A stretch of DNA of 61,439 bases, counting the filler, from Hausera hauseri (Eukaryota): the NCBI GenBank assembly GCA_046269625.1. It is 10 parts of 10 records of this genome, joined end to end, with 100 filler letters (N's around TTAATTAATTAA, not from the genome) between each part and the next. Parts side by side here need not be neighbours in the genome. Positions count along the whole stretch, not along the records: positions 52,183 to 56,374 come from JBJURY010709547.1; positions 56,475 to 61,439 come from JBJURY010376368.1; 8 more parts are not named here. One strand, written 5' to 3'. Positions 52,083 to 61,439 of this stretch are shown here, piece after piece. The notes under the pieces are model-generated. The model did not search any database. It was given only the letters and a program-made list of their open reading frames with translations, and was not told where the DNA came from. Each line of letters starts with the position of its first letter. The stretch's first letter is position 1. Both the position numbers and the translations under genes were made by a program.

Positions 52083-52959
52083 NNNNNNNNNNNNNNNNNN
52101 NNNNNNNNNNNNNNNNNNNNNNNNNNTTAATTAATTAANNNNNNNNNNNNNNNNNNNNNNNNNNNNNNNNNNNNNNNNNNNNAATTCAGATACGGTTAAA
52201 TCTAACGAAACGTTAGACAGTCAGGTGGACCAAGATATAATGGCCGCCGATAACATTTGGCCGAACATGGAACAGTCTGATGATGGCGATAATGAAAAGA
52301 GTGTACCGTCGTCGAAAAACCGTGTTAATCGATTCACGGAATAAACAATTGGCATCACTGACTGATAAACATATTCATATATGTTTCAACGAGGCGGTCG
52401 ATCCATACAAAACATTCTATACCGATTGCGGCGCTGCCCCTGTTTATTCGAATAGTTTCAAGAAATCCAAATCAGCACATAAATCGAAAAAGCAATCAAA
52501 TAATCATCATAATAACGAACTTAGTCAAACAGGTTTCTTTCCCAAATATCATAGCTTAAACGACTTATCTTCTCATAAATTTCACAAACGTCCTCGAAAA
52601 TCCGATTGTGATACTACCAATTTACCATGCAATCAACCACCGAACAAAATGTTAAAAACCGATAATTGTATGTACAATTCTTATCGTATATTCTCACCAG
52701 CTCTTTCGAAGTCCAACAAAAATTCTCATTCCTTTCCGACTGCCGTCTGTTTCGAATCAAACTCACCAAACGATCAGAAAGACCACGCGTTCAAATATTG
52801 CAAAGCAAAATTCGAAAATCATTCAAAAGGTATTGCATTTCCAATGATAAAATCCACAAAGCAACTGCTGGGGAGTTGTTTCAGTCTCGTTGCGGGCGAT
52901 ATAAAACACGAAATATTCGTCGATGAAATACCACCGGCGTGCTTGACCCCTAATGACCC

Positions 52960-53035
52960 CCGATGGGTCCCCAGGCAACCTGACTTTGTCAGTTGGGAGT
53001 TATGTGGTGCCCACATTGGCCCACCCAAAAATAAC
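52960..53035 (+). mobile_element. LTR retrotransposon 3' end remnant (PPT-like plus LTR start), related to 7230-7310
   Basis: CTTTGTCAGTTGGGAGTTA|TGTGGTGCCCACATTG..CCAAAAATAA. Confidence 0.5.
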
Positions 53036-53728
53036 TATATATGTAAGCATTTTTTGAAAAATGTGTTCTTTAAATATTCGTATTTACGATCATTGTACAA
53101 TTTCAAATGAAGTAAAAATTATGGCAGTTATTTTACACCCATGAATTTCGAAGATTCAGGTACTTTGGAAAATATTCGAAATCAAAACGAATCTTTCAGG
53201 AATGACTGGCCATCGGCAGTTTAAACTACAGAGATTATCTGATCGGTGAAGTGTTGAATACCACTACCGTGACGATAATCGATTGAGCTATTAGCAGATG
53301 ACGCAAGGTTAAGTGAGGAAAATCCATTGGCTGTACATGGTTGTCAGTAAGGATTTCGACGAACTCATTAGCATTAATACACTCTGTAAAGTCTTTAGTT
53401 TCCTCAAGATCATTAGACGATACGTACGACTCGACAACCTTAAGCGTTGGATCTGTTGTTCGCAGAAGGAAATTTTGTGCTTTCTTGTACGGATTGTTTG
53501 AATCAAAGATTTTTGTAATTCCATCAAGCTCCTGCAGAAAATGCACTAGTAGGAGGGAGAAGAACGATAGAGTTCTGTCTTTATGATTAAGATAATGACT
53601 GTCTCACCGTGTGGAGTGGATAAGGATCCATGATAATGCATTTCCGTTGTTGAGAAAGAAAGGCTTGCATGGAAAATGATGGTGGGTCCCAGGAACGACG
53701 GTCTCTGGAATCCCACTTCTGACACCAA

Positions 53729-53960
53729 TGTGAATTTCTTTCATTTCGTTTTTTGGTTTCGGTTAATTCGGTAATTTTCTTTTAGACAGAATTTGACTGA
53801 AGAATTAAATGAAACTTTTATAACTTCTAATTTTCTGGATCTCAGTCAAATTGTTCATACTGAATTTAATTATAAATTTATTCAATCTCCAGTGAAATTC
53901 AGTCTAAAAGAATATTACCGAATTAACCGAAACCAACAAACGAAATGACAGAAATTCACA
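53729..53960. repeat. Long inverted repeat (foldback/MITE-like)
   Basis: TGTGAATTTCTTTCATTTCGTTTTTTGGTTTCGGTTAATTCGGTAAT.. pairs with ..ATTACCGAATTAACCGAAACCAACAAACGAAATGACAGAAATTCACA; arms about 90 bp. Confidence 0.88.
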
Positions 53961-54780
53961 ATTAGTTTATAATTTTTATAATTTGAATTCATTTCAAAAA
54001 TTGAATGAGTTTAATTTGTAGTTTTGAATGTACCAATTAACATATAAAAATTACTGATATCCAAAAAATTACGTAAGACATGACAAAACGAAAATAACCT
54101 TTGACGAAATTAATAAGACACATTATTATAGAAATATACACTCGCATGTAGCCACACACAGAAAAATGTCTTGACACACTCGACTTTTGGGGCCATGATT
54201 AAGAAAACTAAATTTTGTTAGAAATTGCAAATATCACCATTTAAATAATGTGCTGATCATTGTTAATGAAAATTCTTGATATATTTTGTTGGCTTTTCAA
54301 CAATTTTCACATTGAAATTCTGTCAAATTGACTTCCAATGAAAAATGAAATATCAAAGTTATCACAAAATAACCATCATGAAATAGCTTGTTTGGAATAA
54401 CCCTGAAAAAATACATCGATCTCTGTTGAGATATTTTTCTTGAAGATCGTTTTCAACTTTTCGAATTTTGTCTACATCCTTGAGATATTGAATGTTCGAA
54501 ATTTTCCTATATTCTATTGATCATTCATATCATTGTCGCACAACACTTTAAATAGCAGTAACTCTGAAATGTAGACTACAAATTGTGTCACTTCATATAA
54601 AATGGAATGCATAAATAGCATGAGTTTCTGTTTAACTCTCACTTCCTCATTACTTACCGTTGAAATTTTTTATGCAGTTCAATTTAAACTGTTTGTTCAG
54701 CAAGCTAAATCTTTCTGCGTAGACTTGCATTTGTTGATATCTAATCACCAAGTCACATGCCCATTTGACATTACAATTAA

Positions 54781-54918
54781 TCAGAATTTGTGTTAATGAC
54801 CGAGATATTTATTTTTGCTTTCAAATTATTAACCAGAAATTGTGCTAATGACCGAGATATTTATTTTTGCTTTCAAATTATTAACCAGAAATTGTGTTAA
54901 TGACCGAGATATTTATTC
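54781..54918. repeat. ~52-bp tandem repeat, about 2.6 copies
   Basis: CAGAAATTGTG(T/C)TAATGACCGAGATATTTATTTTTGCTTTCAAATTATTAAC repeated. Confidence 0.9.
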
Positions 54919-56474
54919 TTGTCTTGAAAATCATCTGGATATTTGCATGTGATTATTTTATATGTTGGCAAATTCACATTTATTTTCTTTTCACATTCAT
55001 AACATAAATGAACAGTATATATACGTGTGTAAAAACTGTCAAAAAAAACTGAACTGATATACAAATTTACTTATTTACTTGCTTGTGTTCTTTCATTGAA
55101 GCTACTATGTATCATAACAATTGTAAGTACTATTTTTATTGTTTCTTTGTATAATATACATTTAGAGTAGACATTTTTCCTTTATATATTGTAAGAGTAA
55201 ATAAAGCTTATCAAACTTAGGGCCCTCCTTTTGGTATTCCGCCCATAAGGCGGTTGTTTAAACTCTTATAACTAAGGGGATACGACACTAGTGTACCTCC
55301 TAGTGATCGTTACACACTCATACACCAAACTAATTGATAAAGCAGACCCCACAGGCTGCTTTTAAGATTGAATAACAAGTAGAGTCTTGGGAGCGAATTA
55401 CCCTAGACTATTTTGAGTAGTATTGTATAGTATAAGTTTAGGGTTGAGAAAAACCCAAACTTCCTTTCTAACCTATAAACTTATTAATAATTTGACCCCT
55501 TCTTACCTTTGTCAATACTGTTTATATATTCTGGAAATTCAATACAAGTACACCAACTCTGGAAAAAGTGTCATTCCATTTTTCCAGCTAATAATCCTTT
55601 TAATATTCGACAGTGTATTGTTTTCTTCATGAACTCGCCAAATTATCAGTAGCGTTATATTTCAAATGTTCGTTTTGCTGGTGCACGAGAAACCACAGAC
55701 TATAGGCTGAATATTCGACGGATATTTTATTTCGACAGAACATTAAAAACCACTAAAAATCGAATATTTATAGACCATTAGTTTGAAAATTTTATCACAT
55801 TCTAAATTCCAAAGTGTTTTGTTGGAAAGGTTACCTTGAAACTGTTTGAACTTCTTTGTGAGAAAAGTGAGCAAACCATGCAGAGATTTTGTTTTGATGC
55901 GCCTTTAGCATCAGTTTTCTCAAACTAATGCAAGAAACACAAAGACTGAATATTCTTTATTTTCTCACCTGAACCTGGCGAGAGACCAGTGGGCTTCATT
56001 TCACTGCTTGTGTTTCTTGACACCAACATGTGAGAATCGCTGGTTGCCAGCCTGTGAAAGAGAGAATCTTGGTTCTTTTCCTTCTGAATCAGATTTATCT
56101 GCTTAAATATATGAGATCACACTAATATGTTTTAAGTAAAGTTAACTTTAACAAATCAATTGAAAAACTGTGATGGAAAACTACATTTTGTAACCCTCAT
56201 TTATTCATTACAAGCTTTTTTCTAGTTAAAAAAATGCTAATTTTATTGTGAATTAATTTTTTTGCCCACTCAATATGTTTTATAATTTAAAAAGTTGTCT
56301 CAAAGTTGAACAGTTTCTTAATTTGTTGGTCAAGATATACAGTTTTGTTACTTCCCAACCACAAAACGAGAACTNNNNNNNNNNNNNNNNNNNNNNNNNN
56401 NNNNNNNNNNNNNNNNNNTTAATTAATTAANNNNNNNNNNNNNNNNNNNNNNNNNNNNNNNNNNNNNNNNNNNN

Positions 56475-57122
56475 ACCATCTGCGTTTATTTCACATGTCT
56501 TTACGGCTAATGTAACCGTTTTCTTGACGTATTCACACAATTCCAGTTCCGCTTGCATTAATAAATGGTATGGTATAATATAATAGCGGAAGACAGATTC
56601 TGACTTAGTCCACTTTACTATAATATCGGATTCCGCATCGGATGAAAGGTCCAAATTTTTACCAAATATAACATGTCCACCTAGCCGTAGAAGTTTTGAT
56701 TGTACATTGACTGATTCAAAACCCCATGTCTGAGCATGAGCTATAGATTTAAACTGCAATTTCATGGGATTTCGATGCATTATTTTCATACGGTAGTTTG
56801 AAAAATAAGCATAAACCGAAAGATTTTCTCTCGAATAATTGCGACGAATATATCGGTTATTTTGTCGGATTGTCCGCAAACGACTTCAAACAGGGTACGT
56901 TTCCTGTTAGGTAAGGTAAATACCACTGTTCTGACGTATTGTCATTGGTGAAAATGTAAAAGTGAATTCCGTCAAAGCAACTTCCCAGGCTCCGTGGCGT
57001 AAATCGACCGGTTGGTCCAAGTGCATAGTAAACTGTTTAACGGTATTGCCGTCATTGTCGTCATGTTGTGATAATGATCTGTTACTATCAAGTATCAAGT
57101 AGGTGCTGCTGCTGCTGCTCAT
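56475..57122 (-). pseudogene. Polinton/adintovirus minor capsid (penton) N-terminus, disrupted
   Basis: TYLILDSNRS..NTVKQFTMHLDQPVDLRHGAWEVALTEF matches the Polinton penton N-terminal pattern. Adjacent to a PolB fragment. Confidence 0.7.
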
Positions 57123-57164
57123 TGAATCTGTGATGCAAATATCCAACTCGGTGTAGTGTATCAA

Positions 57165-57645
57165 TGCCACTTGAGTTCTACCCTGTTTAGCAGCACCACA
57201 AATAATCCATCAGCAATGTGCTTTGACCGCCGAAACTGCGCCTTACTCATGTACGTGACTAACCGCTTTTTGCAATTGCATAGGCGTACATTGAGCCACT
57301 TTTTCAGATTCTCCACTGTTTTTCCGTACAGGGAATTGCTTTTCAGTTTGCAGTAATTTTTTTTGAACTTTGCTCAAGCTTTGACTCGTTTCTCCTAATT
57401 TCTATCTATGTACGCCTTGAATATAGGAGCCTGAGCAAATCGGATTGCACGATGAATCTGTGTGACGAATACACCGAGCTGCATGTAGAACTGTAGCAAC
57501 GCAAATGGATCACGTAATTGAGCTTTAGTTCATGCGTCATGAGCAGTTTCTTCACTTTTGAGCCTGGTGGACATTGGTTCAATGGTGCGGCCAGTAAATC
57601 ATCCAAAATGTCATGCAGCTCATCTGGTACCATTGTAGTGAGCAA
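57165..57645 (-). pseudogene. Polinton-type PolB palm fragment
   Basis: PDELHD, KVKKLLMT..NYVIH, QIHRAIRFAQ, motif B KLKSNSLYGKTVEN. Confidence 0.85.
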
Positions 57646-58269
57646 TACAGATATTCAATGAATTTAGCGACGTCAAGCAATATGCACTATGTAACTGCCG
57701 AAGCAACCTCCGCAAATTCAACGGAATTCGAGCATAGTCATCCAATTCCTTAATAATACCATCAAAATGGGCTTTCAATTTGTGAGTAGAATTCATAAAT
57801 ATTAAAGTTGAATCTGTAAAAAAAACGGCGTATGCAAATTATCAATATAAATTCAAACGAGTACAAAAATTTGTTTGAATATTTAAACAAAAAAACAAAA
57901 AAACTTTTTACATATTTAACACGGCACTTCATAGAAAAACATTACCAATATTCCAATTCATAAACAGATACCAACTTGAACAGTGACAAAATATTCATTG
58001 GATATACGGAACATCGGCTATGGAATACTACCAAAATCGAACCATAGAAAACCTTTTCAAAATACAATACATTTCTCAATAATTGGAACAGAAAACAAAT
58101 CTATGGTTATATATAATCGAATATAGTACTTATATAGAATCGTCAAAGTGCTCTGTCACAAGTGTATGTGCAATCACAATATTCGCAACGCAATGTCGAT
58201 GATATGATTTGTAATGGCAACATTTTTTGGAATGTCCAGTAAGGAACTAAGATGTCCATTAAAATTGCG

Positions 58270-58760
58270 TATTAGAAATTGGCTATCGATGTTCGAAATC
58301 GAATCAGAAACCCTATATAAAAACTCTGACTTGAACCGGTAAGGACGTTAGCATTACTAAATCGAGGAGTAACGGGTAGAAATGCTTGGAATCATTATTA
58401 ACTCGCTTGTTTATCATGTTTGTATCGCATAACTTGGACAACACAGACAATAATTGGATTCCATGCTTCACAATGGTTTTCTGTAGATAAACTTCGATAA
58501 TACAGAAGACAATCGGTAATGACTTGCATCAATTTGTTTTCGATAGTCTCTATGTTCGGATTTGAATTTTGAGATATTCTAACGTCATCAATCATTTTGA
58601 ATAAAATTCGAATGGCGAGTGATATGCTGTGAGTTTCTTGTTTTATTAAATTTGGCTTTGCCTTTCCCTTAAATCAAGCTTCCCATAGTAAATTTTGCTG
58701 TTCTTGATCCGAATTGAAGTTTGCAGCTAATGTATGTGATTTTACAGACGGTGTGGTAGA
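58270..58760 (-). pseudogene. Brefeldin A-inhibited Arf GEF (BIG1/BIG2, ARFGEF1/2) C-terminus, disrupted
   Basis: [63 protein letters not shown] matches the BIG1/2 C-terminal block. In-frame TGA at 58674-58676. Confidence 0.8.
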
Positions 58761-59369
58761 TTCTGATGTGCAGGACAATGATGGTGACAACGTTTGAACA
58801 ACACTGGCATGGTTTGTGAATTTAATATCAACACTGAGACACACCAAATTAGACCGACAAAGCGAGTTGAGTAGAGTGTTGCTGTTTGGAGATGATTTGG
58901 AATGAGTGCTTAAGTCACTTTCTGTCTGATTTAAATTCAATGATTCTGGAGATGACGGATATACTTTTTAAAATTTAAAACAATCATTGAAAATCGGTCG
59001 CTTTCGTTTAACTTCAATGTTCAGTCCATTCGATTTAGTACTTTTCGATTCTAGTCGCATTAATTTTTTGATATCGTCCGATATTATATTACATTTCATT
59101 TTCGATCTTTTCAGATTTTTTACTCCCATCTTTGGATTTCTTAGATTTGCAAATGTTCTTTTTATCAGCGGCTATTGGACTTGATGGAGGAGATTTAGAG
59201 TCTAACCGTGACGGTCTCTTGCCAGCAGTAGATCGATTTGGATGCTTGACCGGAACCACTTTATTCCAATTAAAATTGATCAATTGCAAAAAATGCATGC
59301 CGTCAAAAACGGACGCATCGAAGTGAACAATTCTATTGTGACTGCAATTCATCTGACGAATGTTCCGCA

Positions 59370-59484
59370 TGAATTTTATGAGGCGGGAGATCGGGGCCCG
59401 CCATGGTCCCGACGCGGCAGCAGCGGACGCCTGGCCGTGCCTGACCAAATGAGGCAAAGGGCACCGACCGCTGTTGGCACCACA
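59370..59484 (-). mobile_element. GC-rich dispersed repeat, probable LTR 5' end (copy 2), interrupting PolB
   Basis: Starts TGTGGTG exactly after the PolB ExoII codons NFRGY; similar to 20863-20979. Confidence 0.6.
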
Positions 59485-60790
59485 ATAACCCCGAAAGTTA
59501 TAAAAAATTAACAGCAGGAATGGTCGCACACGCCTTGCCAAATTGCATGAATTGTATGCTGCGCCGAGATATCGACCTGTAAAATGGTCGTGATCCTGTA
59601 CGAGCCGTTCCAGTGCAACAAACGGTAATATTTTGTGGTACAGGTAACATCCATCGGTGGCTGCAAACATCAACGGTTTATATTCATCTGTCCACATCAA
59701 AGGTTTATTGCTATTTCTACTGTACCAGGGTCGACTTCCGTTTCTACTATTCTTTCCAACTGATGCAGGAGATCGTGTACACAGTTCCAGCCATGAAAAA
59801 CGTAATATTGCGGTTGACCTGCAGCTTTTGTTGGGATAACCAGCATGCCGATGGCAATTGGAATATGTTTTTGATCACATATGTTGTGCTGTGGTATGAT
59901 TGCCTCAATATCAGCATATACAACGTATGCAGGACTGTCAGTTTTCGACCAGTCACTGAACCTCAGCTCCTTTTTTGCTGGCATGACATACATTGTTGTT
60001 GTTTCTGTTGCATTTTGTCTGCACAACGTCACATGCTTTTCCCATGTCGTTTGTGATCTGAAGCCGTGCAGACACACATGCCACCATTTGCATCGTATTT
60101 GTTTTTTGATAAACTGATCATGATCCATATTGAGCAATCTATCCAAATATGTCACGGTCACGTAATGATACTTTCCCGTCCGCTCCAACAATAACACATT
60201 TACTGGGCTTCCGTTTGGATTTCGGGTTTTATAGATTATATCCACATGGGGATTTTTATAAATTTCTTCATCTACCGGTATTTTAACTATTGAGTTGTAC
60301 CGGAAAATGTTGACTGACAGCGTCGGATTACGCCGTTCAAACGTCGGAATGGTCTTTAGTTTCATCAGCATCCAGCTTTCATTGAAATCCAATTCGGAAA
60401 AATACTGCCGATACTTATTTGCACGATTTTCATGTTTTCTGTCCACTTTGTCATATTTTAATAATGCCAGAGTACTGTAAAGGAAACGGTATTCATCGTT
60501 CTTGTTTTGCACATTTACCACCGTCAGAGACTGCTTCAGAGCTGCAGGTGTCGGTATGAATGATCGTCCGGACAGGTAAATTATATCACGCGACTTTGTT
60601 ATAATAAAGCCGAAAGTGACAATTTTTATAATTCGCCATCCACTACCCTTTTCCCTGTAGTTGGCGATTTTTTTGTCGAGCTTTTCACATACACAGGCAA
60701 TAAAATCTTCGGAATAGGGTTCGGCTCGATGTGACAGGTACCATTGTTTCCTGTCACCATGCATATTTTCAAATTGTGCAAGTGCATAAT
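59485..60790 (-). pseudogene. Polinton-type PolB N-terminal half
   Basis: GSGW, FIPTP..VVNVQNKND, HYVTV, zinc finger, VVYADIEA, DHDHFTGRYLGAA..CN, FYNFRGY. Confidence 0.9.
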
Positions 60791-60837
60791 ATTGCACTTT
60801 GAGGTGGTGTTGATGTTAGAATTTTCTCATTTCTTAC

Positions 60838-61017
60838 CTTTGCCAGCTCTATTTCAAAGTTGACCATGTCATCAACATCCTTTTCAGCAACTTTTGGATC
60901 AGCTCCAAACATGATGGCAACATCTTGAGCATACTTTTTGTAAACTGGAAGCTTGGTGACGGCATCATCATGAAGAAAGTAGTCAGGTGAGGGCATGCCT
61001 AAATCTGCCTGGTCCAG
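60838..61017 (-). CDS. Neprilysin/M13 metallopeptidase internal exon
   Basis: TTTTCCTGCAG|LDQADLGMPSPDYFL..YKKY..FGAD..DVDDMVNFEIELAK|GTAAG; 180 nt, phase 0. Confidence 0.85.
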
Positions 61018-61439
61018 CTGCAGGAAAAAAGAATATTGATTATTTTAGACATCAATCAAAACTGACATTGATTCTCAAACAACAATTCCACACCACTCTG
61101 CTATCCTCATCCTCTCGTTTCTACGTGCCGCCGTACAGAAGATCAATGTGTCGACACAACAAAGCCGGGGTGTTGGCCTCCCTGCTGCATGACAAGGTGG
61201 GAAGATATTGAGTGCCTGGCCCCTGATCTCGGTGGTGAAGACGAGCCCTAGAGGGAGGGAAGAGGAAACGGAAGAAAGCCGACGGAGAGACCGCAAAAAG
61301 GCTGAGCTGTTGCTTTTTCAGTGGCTGAGCTTGGCAGCAAATTTCTTTCACTGGATTGTATTTTTCACTTCAGCGGCCTGACATTGTTCATTTTTATCAA
61401 ACTGGTGGACATCGAATATGTACTGCACTTACACACTCA

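Noticed and set aside
52280-53110. 276-aa ORF as a single gene
   Set aside because: No recognisable domain, and its C-terminal part runs through the LTR-stub repeat shared with contig 2.
58674-58676. TGA recoding or alternative genetic code
   Set aside because: A single GGA>TGA change at a Gly position in a region with other lesions; no consistent pattern elsewhere.
59388-59420. Resemblance of GGCCCGCCATGGTCCC to the start of the HDV ribozyme
   Set aside because: I could not build the P1/P3/L3/P1.1 double pseudoknot, and the second copy does not keep the match.

Overview
This window is not one locus. It is ten eukaryotic contigs joined by an artificial N44-TTAATTAATTAA-N44 linker: 1-4756, 4857-8928, 9029-13303, 13404-24271, 24372-31067, 31168-36751, 36852-42045, 42146-52082, 52183-56374 and 56475-61439. 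Most of it is decayed transposon, virus and repeat DNA: Polinton/adintovirus-type PolB and penton relics, Ty3/gypsy, BEL/Pao, Tc1, a hAT-type MITE, LINE and SINE pieces, a 15-bp and a 22-bp satellite. Host-gene fragments include vertebrate (probably teleost) MCM4, EXOC6/Sec15, ARFGEF/BIG, a neprilysin exon and a C-type lectin. Two things stand out. (1) Contig 1 is the intact 3' end of a complex, foamy-like retrovirus on the minus strand. It has an env end, three open accessory ORFs (multipass membrane protein, secreted CxC protein, Zn-finger/acidic putative transactivator), a PPT and a U3 of about 1 kb. (2) Contig 4 holds a Ty3/gypsy element whose chuvirus-type (class III) glycoprotein lies upstream of protease-RT-RNase H. 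The glycoprotein tail is in the same frame as the protease, suggesting an Env-Pol polyprotein. Nearby are an LTR/PBS/gag unit and a divergent ORF with a ubiquitin-like domain and an AT-hook. All family assignments come from motif recognition by eye; no searches were run.
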